From contig NC_043019.1 of NCBI RefSeq assembly GCF_006345805.1, forward strand, positions 12,213,360-12,277,359: DNA of 64,000 nucleotides, in the 5' to 3' direction. The notes beneath the pieces are model-generated. The model had not been told where the DNA came from. It was given only the letters and a program-made list of their open reading frames with translations, and did not search any database. The stretch is from Octopus sinensis. Its lineage: Eukaryota. The position numbers and the translations under genes are program-made. Shown one piece after another: positions 1 through 12,555 of the stretch (the first letter of the stretch is position 1; every line of letters begins with the position of its first letter).

Positions 1-116
1 TCTTTTCTTCTTTTGCTTTTTTGCCCTCATTGATGAATTCTTGCTTTTTAGCAAAACCTTCCATCTGCATCTTGTGCACTTTCATACGTTCTTCCATTGC
101 CTTCTTACCCAATTCT
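1..116 (-). CDS. PRKCSH: Glucosidase II beta subunit, coding exon 5 (coiled-coil start; truncated by window edge)
   Basis: aacaattgcag acceptor; in phase with exon 4: (I)ELGKKAMEERMKVHKMQMEGFAKKQEFINEGKKAKEEK, open to position 1. Confidence 0.92.
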
Positions 117-1004
117 CTGCAATTGTTAAAATAAGATGCACAGTAAGTTTCAGTCTTCAGTTTCTCTCTCTTTCTTCTGTTGGCCTGCTGGCTTAGCCAG
201 AGGGGTGGCGTCATTTAAAGGCTAAAACAATGCGAAGCACATTGTGACCAGTGATGTGTAGCAACATCTGATAGCCTGGTCGGTCACAGTGATCACAGTG
301 ATATATATATATAGTTCAAAATTGTACAAAAAACAAACAGTGTTCGATGTTCTGTAAGAGTGTGTATATATCGATATCGACTGTTCTCGAACATTCACAG
401 TTTGAGTATTCAGTGTTTTTCAACACTCGTCTTAAAGAGACATTTCCCCTGGTAGTATTCCACTGCTCAGGAACACATAAAATACAGTGTATGGTATCAA
501 TAATGTGCGTGTGGGTATGTTTAGGCTGGTCTTGTTTTGACATCTTGTGATTGTTGGAAAAGAATATCATTCATTTCCAAGATTCTACAAAAACATGCCT
601 GGACCATGGGGTGGGGGGGGAATCACCTTACTTGGAAACAGGGGAGTGTTGGCGATAAGATGGACATCCACTCAAAGAAAATCTGCCTCATGTTCCATCC
701 AACACATGCCAGCATGGAAAAGCAAACATTAAAACGAGATGTGTGTGTGTGTATGTCATCGTCATTTAATGTCCATTCTCCATGCTGGTATGGGTTGTAT
801 GGTTTGACCAGAGCTGGCAAGCAGAAGAGCTGAACTTAGGAAGGGCATCAAGCCGCAGACCACTAACACCAGCCACTTTACAGTGGTGTGGGCTGGGTGC
901 TTTTTATGTGATGCTATAACAAAAAGCAGAAAGAGAAATGAGAAAAACAATTAAGACTGACAAAGAAGCAAATTGAAAGACAATGAAACAACAATATAAC
1001 TTAC

Positions 1005-1062
1005 ATGCATTTATTAGGACAAGAGATGATTTCTGAGAATTCATCAGTTCCATCACAGCAAT
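1005..1062 (-). CDS. PRKCSH: Glucosidase II beta subunit, coding exon 4
   Basis: tctttttaatcag acceptor and GTAAGT donor; 58 nt encoding (D)CCDGTDEFSEIISCPNKC(I), versus human DCCDGTDEYNSGVICENTC (recalled). Confidence 0.96.
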
Positions 1063-2176
1063 CTGATTAAAAAGATAAACATCTTTAGATAACAATAACA
1101 TTAACAAAATCCATCTAAAGAAGGAAAATGATCCTAAGTGTCCAAGGTACTCATCCCACTTAACACCGGTACGTTACCCAAATTGTAAAATAGGAAGTGA
1201 CCAGCACTAACCCCACCACTCTGCTATCTCATCCCAACTAAATTTCTAGTGAATCAGGTAGCTGACACATTGACCACTCAACCTGGTAGAATTGAAGCCA
1301 AATATCCCTCTATTTACACACCCACTGTCTTAAAAATATGGAAGCATTAGATAATGTAGTTCCGATTAGGGAATCTTTGGTCACGAGTTAAAGGTTTTTG
1401 GTCATCATTGGTTTGCTGGATCAAATCTAAATCAGGGATCAACAACAAGGCTTTCTTATACTGAGACAAGAGCCAACACTTGTAAAGGTTTTTTTTTCTT
1501 CTATTCTAGGCACAAGGCCCGAAATTTTGGGGGAGGGGACCAGTCGATTAAATCAACCCCAGTACGAAACTGGTACTTCATTTATCGACCCCGAAAGGAT
1601 GAAAGGCAAAGTTGACCACAGCAGAATTTGAACTCAGAACGTCAAGACAGGCGAAATACCGTTAAGCATTTCATCCAGCGTGCTAACGTTTCTAGTCTTA
1701 ATTTGTATTGACCCTTTAACACTAGATCATGTCTTATTTCACTGACCCCAAGTGGAAACAGAATCAAAACTTAGAATGTAGAGGGGAAAAGTATTGTTAC
1801 GTAGTTAAGATTGCTTCTCAACCATGTTTTGTGGCTCAATCCCTCAAGGACCCTTAAATATATATCTCTTGGGATAGCCTCATGTTGCCCCCAAGGCTAT
1901 AAGTGAAGCTGGTGGACAGTAAATCTTTTGGTACTGTAGATTTTATCTGTCGGCTAGTTTAACAGCATCACCTCCCTTGGAAGTCTTCAGGAGAAATCAC
2001 CATTACTGATTTGGATCAGGGACCTGATATGGATCAGGTCATTTGTGTCATCCTTCTCACAAGGGAGGAGGAGATAAAGAAAGAGAAGAAAAAAAACACT
2101 CTGGGAAATATTTTTTGTCAATATTTATAGAATGGTTTGGCTTTGTAAATATGAAAACAGAAAAAGAAAAACCTAC

Positions 2177-2272
2177 CACAGAAACCATCATTAACTCTTG
2201 AAGATGGAATGTAATTTGGAATATAGCCTGCATTGGTGCAATGAAATTTACCATTTATACATGCAGCAGTAC
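2177..2272 (-). CDS. PRKCSH: Glucosidase II beta subunit, coding exon 3
   Basis: ttcttttaccag acceptor and GTAGGT donor; 96 nt encoding (G)[31 protein letters not shown](D), versus human [33 protein letters not shown] (recalled). Confidence 0.97.
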
Positions 2273-2410
2273 CTGGTAAAAGAAATTAAATATAATAATT
2301 TGATGAACAGCTTTTTTGAAATGTTACAAGCAGCATTTATTATATTAGTTAGTGCCAGTAAGTAAAGATAAGGTTATCAGTTACACTATCCAGGATAGTT
2401 AAACGAACCA

Positions 2411-2858
2411 ATTTTCAAACTTAAAATCTTCAAAGCCACAGTCGAACCAATTCTACTATATGGCTCAGAAACCTGGACATTATCAAAGAAGCTTGAGAGG
2501 CGGTTGGATGGAACTTTCACTCGCCTCCTTATGAGAGCTCAAAATCTCTCGTGGAAGCGTCATCCAACCAAAGTACAAATATATGGGAAACTACCACCTG
2601 TATCATCTCTTGTGAAAGGTAGAAGAGTCCAGTTTGCTGGACATTGTTGTAAAGTTGAAAGCAAGGTAATTTCTACTCTTCTCCTCTGGAAGCCATCTGC
2701 TCGCGATACCAGAGGGTGCACACTCTCCTACCCTGATGTAATCTCCAGGGATACAGGCATCCAGCAACAGGACCTCCGTTATGGTATGATGGACTGTGAA
2801 GTCTGGCGTAACATGGTAAATTCCATTGTCTCAACCACGGTCGAACAATGATGATGAT
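2411..2858 (+). mobile_element. 5'-truncated RTE-clade LINE 3' end in PRKCSH intron 2 (antisense)
   Basis: Translates KLKIFKATVEPILLYGSETWTLSKKLERRLDGTFTRLLMRAQ...RRVQFAGHC...VWRNMV, an RTE ORF2 C-terminus, and ends in an (ATG)n tail right after the stop at 2849-2851. Confidence 0.85.
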
Positions 2859-3048
2859 AAACTTACCTTTCAGATGACTCATAACAGATAAGATCATATT
2901 CCTTAAAGTCTAGTTTACCTCTAAGTTAATCAACTTACTTCTTATCAAATGCTAACTCACATATTTTGTAAATTTCTATTTCAAGTTTATAGAATTGATT
3001 ATCAGGTGTTAAAACCAAAAAAAAAAAAAATTTCAAGTAGTTACTCAC

Positions 3049-3168
3049 CTGGTTCATCAGAGCCATCTGGGCAATCACAATAATCATCATTAACATAATT
3101 GAATGGAACGACCAATGAGTTGTCAAGGCAACTGAAATTTTCAGCTTGTCCTGTATAGAAGGAAGCCA
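3049..3168 (-). CDS. PRKCSH: Glucosidase II beta subunit, coding exon 2
   Basis: tatttttttag acceptor and GTGAGT donor; 120 nt encoding (M)ASFYTGQAENFSCLDNSLVVPFNYVNDDYCDCPDGSDEP(G), containing the diagnostic VNDDYCDCxDGSDEPG LDLa-like motif. Confidence 0.97.
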
Positions 3169-3940
3169 CTAAAAAAAATAAACAAAAAACATTTTATTTA
3201 TATATAGATAGAGAGGTGGGGAGATGAATATACACAAAGTAAAAGAATGATTTTTGATACTGGCACAAGGCCCACACCATTGGAGGTGGGGGTTAAGGCA
3301 AAGATTACTGTTGATTGAATGAATTTTCTTATATATGTTTGCCTAGATTATCACACACCATTCCTACCGTCCCTGTAATTAACCTCAACATGGTAGGTGT
3401 TTATGCGTGCCTGTGTGTTGTGTCCAACCTTTCTCGTGTGAAGATCTATGTGACCCAATGACTGAGAACTGTGCTAGCAGAGTGCAAGTTCCTTGTAGTG
3501 CCTCCAAGACTGTTGGCAATTTGCTGTGCTTGAGATGACACGTCAAGCTTAGTGAAATCATAGTCCTGACCAGCGCTAGTAACAGGTAAAAGGTATCCAG
3601 TACACTCTGTGGAATGGATGGCATTTGGAAGGGCGTCTGGCTGTAGGTACAAAGCCAAAACAGACAGGAGCCTGGTGCAGCTCTCTAGCTTACCAGTTCA
3701 AGTGAAACCGTCTAACCCATGCCAGCATGGAAAACGGACACTAAATGATAACCTTGGATAAGCATCTACTATAATCCCAGGACTAAACCCTTCTCAGTAC
3801 AGCTGCTAAACGGAAACTGAAAGAAGCCTGTCGTATACATACATGTCGTAAACAAGAGTCACTATCATATAAGCATTGCCCCTTGTTTCCAATTGCTGTA
3901 AAAAACAGGTCCTGTAACTAAGGAATATTACCTTACTGGC

Positions 3941-4056
3941 ACTACTTAAATACAGAGGTCCCGATGCATCGACGCAAAGATGTTTTTACAGTGCACACTC
4001 GTTAGGGCTAGTTTGGGGGTCACCTAGATGCGTCGGGACCTCTGTATTTAAGTAGT
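3941..4056. repeat. 30-bp inverted repeat (hairpin / mini-MITE) in PRKCSH intron 1
   Basis: actacttaaatacagaggtcccgatgcatc (3941-3970) matches the reverse complement of 4027-4056 with 1 mismatch; 56-nt spacer. Confidence 0.9.
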
Positions 4057-4571
4057 ACCATCTTGCCTGGAAACAGGTGAGGGTTGGCGACAAGAAGTAC
4101 ATCCGGCTGATGAAAATTTGTCCCAACAAATTCCGTCTGACCCGTACAAGTTTGCAAAAGTGGACGTTAAAACAACTTGTTTACGGGTTATTTATTATAT
4201 TGATACAAACCGCCAATATGGCTGTGGTAGTCACTTTAAATCTAGTCTGGTGGGAAGAACGAACAATATATTTCTAGTTTTAACTTCCAAATTAACCCGT
4301 CTAGGAATTAATAGCAAAAATCATCCGATATAATTTTTGAACATCAAATACAGGGACGTAGGCTTTGCGAAACTGTGGGAAGATACTAGAGAAAGACGTG
4401 GAATTTAATAATTCGTTGCGAGATGGGTCGAAAAACAACTGTTTGCCCATTCATACTATTATAAATAACTGTAAGATATTATATGTAATATTTCGTATAC
4501 GTTATATCATATACATATACAAATTTAGCATTTAACTTCGATGCAAGTTTAATTGCAAAGAAATATACATT

Positions 4572-4604
<33 letters not shown>

Positions 4605-4976
4605 TATATATATGCATATATATATAAAGTCTAATTTATTATCTCTGTGTTGTATAATCTTTAACAATTAAGTTAATACCAAATTTTCCGGTTTAAGTTA
4701 GAACACACCTGTAAAACAAACTCAAACGAAAATTTCAGCTATATATATATATATATATATAATGATAGGTAATGTTTATGTAAATGATAAAGAAAAATAA
4801 CAGGCTGAAAGAAAGAAAGAAAGAAAAACAATACAAAGAAAAGTTTATGAAGGCAAAACATGATCAGAAAAAGGGAAGGTGCCCGTTGGTTCTGGTCCCG
4901 GGTTTTAAGCGAAGTGGAATAATAAGGTGGTTAAAATATATGGCTATGTTTTGCCAAAATAAAGAAATATACTTAC

Positions 4977-5064
4977 TGGTTATCGATACACCCCGAGGAC
5001 GAGGTACGCTGGCCTCTGTCATGAAAAAAGAATTGATAATTAGACATAATTTTAGGAGAAACAT
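4977..5064 (-). CDS. PRKCSH: Glucosidase II beta subunit, coding exon 1 (signal peptide + VPRPRGVSIT)
   Basis: ATG at 5064 gives MFLLKLCLIINSFFMTEASVPRPRGVSIT plus 1 nt, then a GTAAGT donor at 4976. It matches the human PRKCSH N-terminus (VEVKRPRGVSLT, recalled) and splices in phase 1 to the next exon. Confidence 0.93.
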
Positions 5065-5119
5065 CTTTTTGAAACCCGGTCACCTGTCTTAAGGGTTATG
5101 ACACGTCTTACTTAAGTGT

Positions 5120-5240
5120 TTAATGCACTAATAATGACAGCATACGCATGCGCATTCTGTCGAGGCTGAGAAATAGCGGGGAGATAACTCACTGTGACAA
5201 TAAGATGCGGTTTGCAGATTGAACGATTGATTGGTTGATT
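5120..5240 (-). promoter_or_regulatory. Probable PRKCSH proximal promoter / 5' UTR region
   Basis: Unique CpG-containing sequence just upstream of the ATG. It has an NRF1-like TACGCATGCGCA (5143-5154) and a minus-strand CCAAT (5230-5234), and is bounded by the GA microsatellite. The TSS cannot be determined. Confidence 0.5.
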
Positions 5241-5331
5241 GAGAGAGAGGGGGGAGACAAAGACAGAGAGAGAGAGAGAGAGAAAGACATAGAGAGAGAG
5301 ACAAAGACAGAGAGAGAGAGACAAGACACCA

Positions 5332-5363
<32 letters not shown>

Positions 5364-5404
5364 CAAGACACCAGAGAGAGAGAGAGACAAAGACAGAGAG
5401 AGAC

Positions 5405-5447
<43 letters not shown>

Positions 5448-5605
5448 GAGAGAGAGAGACAAATACAGAGAGAGAGGAGAGAGAGAGACAAGTACAGAGA
5501 GAGAGAGAGAGAGAGAAAGACATAGAGAGAGAGAGAGAGACAAATACAGAGAGAGAGGAGAGAGAGACAAAGACGAGAGAGAGAGAAAGAGACAGAGAGA
5601 GACAA

Positions 5606-5640
<35 letters not shown>

Positions 5641-5667
5641 AAGACACATAGAGAGAGAGAAAAAGAC

Positions 5668-5720
<53 letters not shown>

Positions 5721-5945
5721 GATAGACTGGGTAATGAGAAAAAAGAAAGAGGGCGAAAGAGAAAGAGAGAGGGAAGCAGTAGGAGGAAAGAGATAAACAG
5801 AGAGAAAGAGTCAGAAAAAAGAGAGTGGAGAAAAAGGAAGCAGTAGCGAGAGAGAAAAGAAAGAGGAGAAAGGGAAGAAAGAGACAAAGAGAAACAGACA
5901 CAGACATAAAGAATGTGAATGAGAGTGGGAGAGATATAGGAAGAC

Positions 5946-5981
<36 letters not shown>

Positions 5982-6125
5982 TACAGACATGCAGAGACAA
6001 AGAGAGAAAGAAAGATACAGAGAACAAGAAAGGAACAGAAAGAGAGAAATGAGAGACAGACAGACTCAAAGAGAAACACAAAATTGGAGAGAAAGAGAGA
6101 TAGAGAGACGAACAGACAAAGAAAA
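5241..6125 (+). repeat. Complex (GA)n/(GACA)n microsatellite block
   Basis: Directly visible; it accounts for ORFs 5112..5570, 5128..6177, 5189..6079 and others. Confidence 0.97.
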
Positions 6126-6399
6126 ATGCAGACAAATTCACTGCATGATCGCTCGTCTTACTAGAAATGGTGGCCAAATCCCCCTCTAATCATACCTTAG
6201 TATATTCTTGAAGCAAAAAAGACACATTGGATCGCATAGTTCTAAGATACTGAAAAAAATATTGCTGAAAAAATACGGAATGGTCTTGCCTTGGACACTA
6301 TTTGATCGTCAGTCGGTTGGCTTGGAGCTGATCTGGGCCCAAATAATTATGATTTTGTCACAAAACCAGCAATTCTAATAAGAGGAGACAAACTGGTTA

Positions 6400-6704
6400 C
6401 ATCTATCCCAGTACTTGTCCCCGAAAGGATGAAAGGCAAAAATCGTCCCTGGCAGAATTTGAACTCAGAAAATAAAGAGCCAGAACGAATGCCGCTAGAC
6501 ACCTTGTCGGAAGTGCTAACGATTCTGCCGGCACGCCGGCTAATGCTAAATAATATTTTCTACTAAAGCCACGAGGCCTGAAATTCATCGAAAGGATGAA
6601 AGCAAAGTCGATCTCGGTGGAATTTGAACTCGGAACGTAAAGACGGACGAAATGCCGCTAAGCATTTTGCCCGGCGTGCTAACGATTCTCCCAGCTCACC
6701 GCCC

Positions 6705-6759
<55 letters not shown>

Positions 6760-7090
6760 CCTTTCTACTACGGGCACAAGGCCTTAAATTTTAGAGGAGG
6801 GGCTAATCGACTACATCTACCCTAGTGCGTAACTAGTACTTAATTTATCGACCCCGAAAGGATGAAAGGCAAAGTCGACCCCAGTGGAATTTGAACTCAG
6901 AATGTAATACCGCCAGTGTGCTAACGATCATACTAGTCAGGCTTGAAATTTGGGGAGGGAGATAATCGACTACATCGACTCCAGTGTTTCACTGGTACTT
7001 AATTTATTGACCCTGAAAGTTGACCTCGGCGGAATTTGAACGGACGATTCTGCCAGCTCACCGCCTTTCTGGTACTAAATAATAATAACT
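6400..7090 (-). mobile_element. Array of family A SINEs with (TAA)n linker
   Basis: Repeated reverse copies of ggcggcgagctggcagaa...gttctgagttcaaattcc...gtcgactttgcctttcatcctttcggggtcgataaattaagtaccag. Pol III A-box-like and B-box-like (GTTCAAATTCC) motifs are present, and the central part resembles the Deu/Nin SINE domain (recalled). Confidence 0.85.
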
Positions 7091-7440
7091 ACATCAACCA
7101 TGAAATATACCATTCAATAAAGAAGCCTTTATGTGATCGTTCGACCTGTTAGAAATGATAACTAAATTATGTTTCCATCACACCGACGTCTTAGGAAAAG
7201 GAAGGACATACTGGATAGTGTAATCCTGAAAATAAACGTAGTGGTCACGGCTGGAAACCTTCTCGCTATATAACTGCTTGAGCAGAGCTGATCAAGCATG
7301 GCATTCCACACTGCGCAGACGAGTGATCAAAAAGCGTTCCAGTCATGACCACACTGTCTCATCAGGTTTTCAGCATCTACGATTAAGTTATCCAGTGTGT
7401 TGTTCCTTCTTTTAAAAGATATACTTTAAAGATTTTGTTG

Positions 7441-7537
7441 TTTGAGTCTGTCTTTGAATTTGTCTGTCTCTCATTTCTCTCTGTCTGTTTCTCTTTATCT
7501 CTGTATCTTTCTTTCTCTCTTTGTCTCTGCATGTCTG

Positions 7538-7631
<94 letters not shown>

Positions 7632-7670
7632 CTTATATCTCTCTCAATCTCATTCACATTCTTTATGTCT
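7441..7670 (-). repeat. (CT)n block; inverted copy of 5901-6069
   Basis: The reverse complement shares the non-simple strings gacataaagaatgtgaatgaga, atacagacatgcagagacaaagagagaaagaaagatacagaga and gacagactcaaa with 5901-6069. Confidence 0.85.
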
Positions 7671-7934
7671 ATGTTGTTCCTTTTTTATATCTACACACAC
7701 ACACAAATATACACACATTTGTATATATACACATACACACATATATATATACGCGTGTGTGTCTGATTCAAATTTATAAAAAGCAAAAGACGAAGACAGG
7801 TGAGGGGACAACAATCAGGTGTATTAGTTTGAAGTATGCAGTAGGAAGCTTGCTATGCAATAAAATTTCTTACTAAACAGGTGAAAAGCAACTTCTACAA
7901 AAAAACCCAAAGAAAAATTTCAGCTATATATATA

Positions 7935-8379
7935 GGAGTGGCTGTGTGGTAAGTAGCTTGCTAACCAACCACATGGTTCCCGGTTCAGTCCCACTGCGTG
8001 GCATCTTGGGCAAGTGTCTTCTGCTATAGCCCCGGACCGACCAATGCCTTGTGAGTGGATTTGGTAGACGGAAACTGAAAGAAGCCTGTCGTATATATGT
8101 ATATATAATATATATATATATTATATATATATATATGTGTGTGTGTGTGTTGTGTGGTATGTGTGTGTGTGTGTTGTTTGTGTGTCTGTGTTTGTCCCCC
8201 TTGCATTGCTTGACAACCGATGCTGGTGTGTTTTCGTCCCCGTAACTTAGCGGTTCGGCAATAGAGACGATAGATAGAATAAGTACTGGGCTTACAAAGA
8301 ATAAATCCCGGGGTCGATTGCTCGACTAAAGGCGGTGCTCCAGCATGGCCGCAGTCAAATGACTGAAACAAGTAAAAGA

Positions 8380-8380
<1 letters not shown>
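7935..8380 (+). mobile_element. Family B tRNA-derived SINE, full length
   Basis: Head ggagtggctgtgtggtaag...ggttcagtccc (A/B boxes), CORE-like cttgggcaagtgtcttc, internal TA/TG microsatellite, 3' end tgactgaaacaagtaaaagag. Other copies: 28375-28765, 31846-32222, 48963-49270, 57601-57985, 62005-62400(-). Confidence 0.9.
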
Positions 8381-8445
<65 letters not shown>

Positions 8446-8670
8446 GAGCAAAATGCCCACGTCCAATGGACGGTGCTGAATCATATCTGTTGAATAAAAA
8501 GCAATCAGTGTTTTCTTTTCATTAAAAATAATTAAGCATGCCTTTATTTCAATGAATTTTTTGGTTTGTTAACGAGTTAAGGCAAAAAAAAAAACTTCTT
8601 GAGAAAACCCATAGTCTTTCCTTCCTTCACGCCAAGTTTGAAGAAAATATCTCTTTTGCATTTTTTTTGC

Positions 8671-8806
8671 CTATGACACTACATGCACGTGAAAATTTTA
8701 ATGAAATTGGTTGCGTAGTTCTCAAGTTTTAGGGATTCACACAGACACACACACATACACAGACTCACATTCTCATCTTTATATATATATATATATATAT
8801 ATAGAT
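8671..8806 (+). mobile_element. Helitron-like non-autonomous element 3' end
   Basis: aaaattttaatgaaattggttgcgtagtt...acagacacacacacatacacagac...tttatatatatagat; same end architecture as 61276-61666. Confidence 0.5.
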
Positions 8807-9769
8807 ATCCATGTCCAGTAAGATGTACGTCCTGTTCACATGGTATGTATTTAATACGGATTACATAATAACCAATCAGAAATGAAGGCTAGATTTTTCA
8901 CATTTTGCCTAGGTCGATTATCAATTGAAATGGGAAGAGTGTGTTGCAATCCATTAAATCGATTACAACTTATTTTATCGATCGTAAAGACGTACCCATC
9001 TCACCAATCGAGATTTGGTTCAGCCATCTCAGAAATGCAAAAGTTAATGAATGAGTTGTCTCCCATGAGTGTATCAAGTTGAGAGACAACTTCACAATTC
9101 TCGTCCCATGGATTTCAGTACCGTTATGAACGTTTGAACTGACAAGTACCAAAGTATACTACACATATACACACACGCACGCATACATTCTTTCTTTGTT
9201 CCTTTACGCGTGTCAGTCATTTTGAATGCGGCCATGCTGGAGCTACGCATTAAAGGGTTTTTTAGTCGAAGAAATCGACCCGCCCCCAGGACTTAGTCTT
9301 TGTAAGCCTGGTACTTATTCGATGTTTTTTGACGAACCGTTAAGTTGCGGAGACGTAAACACACCAACATCGGTTGTCAAACGATGATGGGGGAACAATC
9401 ATAGACACAAAGACATACATACATACATACATACATACATACATACATACATACATACATACATACATACATACATACATACATACACACATGCATGCAT
9501 ACATACATACACACATACATACATGCATGCATATATATATATATATATCGTAATTCTTCACTTTGGTTAGATTTTTAAAAAAGTAAATAAAAATCAAGTG
9601 GGAGATAAGTCAAATTTTTACACTATTTTTGACAACATTCACACTGGCGAAATATGACTTCTCTCAAAAAATGAATGGGTAACGAACAGATTTGCTCCAT
9701 TTACTACGTTTACAGTGCCATGATTTTCCATCAGTAACGTCTACTTATGCCTATAGTAGAAAGGATTAT

Positions 9770-9776
9770 TATTATT

Positions 9777-9820
<44 letters not shown>

Positions 9821-10392
9821 TATCACTATTATTGAGTGAGTGAGTAAGAGAGCAGCGCATGATATCAAAGTGACACTGGAGTACAAATATACAAAGCCCA
9901 ATATACCCATCATGACTAACCGTCTGATAAGGGTACACTAGACACATGCATCACAACCATATATGCGCGACATGGTGATCTCATATCAAGATAAACAGCA
10001 CATGACCTTGCAAGTGGAGCCCAGTTAAAATTTTCTTCTGGTTGAGTAGCCTATCCCATTCAGAAGGTTGTTTACTGATGAAGCACAAAACACCCATGCT
10101 TCCAGAGGTGAATTATCCAAACCCCCCCAAAATTCCTATCAACACATGACTCTGATGCTCCCCGACTACTTCTACTCGTGATCAGAGATGCACATACTGT
10201 CAGCCACCAAGGGACATGCTCAACTGGTTAAGGTCAAGCAATTGACAAGCAAATCTGTGATATTGAGCAGAATATTTGCTATAGCCCATCTTTTACACCA
10301 AGACACAACCACGTACGTGATAACACTTCCAATGAGTTCAGATCAAAAGCCATGAGAGCCACAGCCTGGTACTGCATCAGGGCATCCACTAC
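9770..10392 (-). mobile_element. Unclassified interspersed-repeat-like element with (ATG/ATA)n tail
   Basis: About 560 bp of non-coding sequence ending (on the minus strand) in a long (ATG)n/(ATA)n tract at 9766-9832. It is a single copy in the window and the family is not assigned. Confidence 0.4.
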
Positions 10393-10623
10393 TTGTATTA
10401 TCAGTGTCTATATATCTCTAATTTTACGCTCTTCCCTATATTTGTAAATCATACATTCGTATCAGTTATAAAATCCAGTTTCCTAGTTTACAAGAATTCG
10501 AACACACAAATACTCGGAACTGAAATAACTTCGATTCGCATAGAGTTACCTCCCTTATACTTTTATATCGCTTAAATTTCGTAAACTGTCGCCTATCACA
10601 ACGACAATATTCTGTCTGTAGAA

Positions 10624-11045
10624 GGCGGCGAGCTGGCAGAAACGTTAGCACGCCGGGCGAAATGCGTAGACGTATTTCGTCTGCCGTTACGTTCTGAGTT
10701 CAAATTCAGCCGAGGTCGACTTTGCCTTTCATCCTTTCGGGGTCTATTAAATAAGTACCAGTTACATACTGGAGTCGATGTAATCGACTTAATCCGTCTG
10801 TCTGTCCTTGCTTGTCCTCTCTGTGTTTAGCCCCTTGTGGGTAGTAAAAAAATAGGCATTTCGTATGTCTTTACGTTGAGAGTCCAAATTCCACCGAGGT
10901 CGACTTTACCTTTCATCCTTTCGGGGTCAATAAATTAAGTACCAGGGAAACACTGGGGTCGATGTAATCAACTAGTCCCCTTTCCCCACAATGGCTATCC
11001 TTGTGGTAAAATTTGAAACCATTATCCTTATTATTATTATTATTA
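10624..11045 (+). mobile_element. Family A SINE plus tandem headless unit
   Basis: ggcggcgagctggcagaaacgttagc head at 10624; second body starting at gcatttcgt (~10856); (ATT)n tail. Confidence 0.85.
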
Positions 11046-11070
11046 TTATCATTATTGTTATTATCATCAT

Positions 11071-11320
11071 CTTCTTTCAATTTTGTTTCTATTTTTTGCC
11101 GGGTGTTTTCCCGACACCTAGGGCAAAGAAACTCACTGTATACATTGGCAGGCCCCTTAAAATACACACACCAGATAGTTCACTTACAAAGTCATGCGAT
11201 AGAAAGAAAGGGGAAGAAAGACAGAGGAAAGATTTTTTTTTAAAATAGGAGGCAAAAATGGCAAAAAGGAAAATAAAAGGGGAAGAAAGAAAGAGAATCA
11301 TCATCATCGTCATCATCATC

Positions 11321-11354
<34 letters not shown>

Positions 11355-11638
11355 TTGTTATTATTATCATTATTATTATTATTATTATCATCATCATTAT
11401 TATTCCTACCTGGATAAGGCAGCAAGATGGCAGAATCATTAAGATGCTGGGGAAAAATGCTTAGTCTTATAGTTTGAGTTCAAATTCCACCAAGGTCATT
11501 CTTTCGGGGTCAATAAAATAGGTCCCAGTTGAAAACTGAGGTTGATGTAATTGACTAATAATCCCTTCACCCCAAAATCTCAGGCCTTGTGCCTTTAGTA
11601 GAAAGGCTTTATTATCATCATCATCATCATCATTATTA

Positions 11639-11682
<44 letters not shown>

Positions 11683-12521
11683 GTCTTATTATCATTATTG
11701 TTGTTGTTGTTGTTATTGTTGGCAGAATTGTTACCACACCAAGCAAAGTGCTTAGTGGCATTTTATCCATCTTTACATTCTGAGTTCAAATTCTACCGAG
11801 GTCGACTTTGCCTGTCATCCTTTCGGAGGTCAATAATTTAAGTACCAGTTGTGCACTAGTGGCAGAGTGGTGGGGTCAATGTAATTGATTTCCCTCATTC
11901 CCCGAAGTTGCTTGACCCTTGTGCCAAAATCTGAAATCATTGTTTATACCACCAGTGTAAGCAAGCTTACGGAATCATTAAAATGGTCAGACAAAATGCT
12001 GATATTCATTTGGCTTCTTTACATTCAGAGTTCAAATGCTGCTGGGGTCAACATTGCCTTTCATCTTTCACAGTCAATAGAATAAAGTACCAGTCAAGTA
12101 CTGGGGTCATTGCCTTGCCCCTCTACTCAAAATTGCTGGCCCTTGCACCTGCAGTAGAAATGATTCTTCTTCTTCTTCTTCTCTCTTCTTCTTCTTCTTC
12201 TTCTTCTTCTTCTTCTTCTTCTTCTTCTTCTTCTTCTTCAATTCTTTTTCATCTCATCATCATATCATCATCTTCTTTCAATTTTGTTTCTATTTTTTGC
12301 CGGGTGTTTTCCCGACACCTAGGGCAAAGAAACTCACTGTATACATTGGCAGGCCCCTTAAATACACACACCAGATAGTTCACTTACAAAGTCATGCGAT
12401 AGAAAGAAAGGGGAAGAAAGACAGAGGAAAGATTTTTTTTTTAAAATAGGAGGCAAAAATGGCAAAAAGGAAAATAAAAGGGGAGAAAGGAAAGAGAATC
12501 ATCATCATCGTCATCATCATC

Positions 12522-12555
<34 letters not shown>

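Noticed and set aside
4784-5092. 102-aa plus-strand ORF
   Set aside because: Antisense overlap of PRKCSH exon 1 and A-rich intron sequence; no recognisable product.
5084-5111. Possible 5'UTR intron of PRKCSH (GTAAGA at 5111, acag at 5084)
   Set aside because: The implied 28-nt intron is too short; the UTR structure cannot be resolved from sequence alone.
5112-6177. Up to 349-aa L/S-rich ORFs
   Set aside because: Translations of the (GA)n/(CT)n microsatellite.
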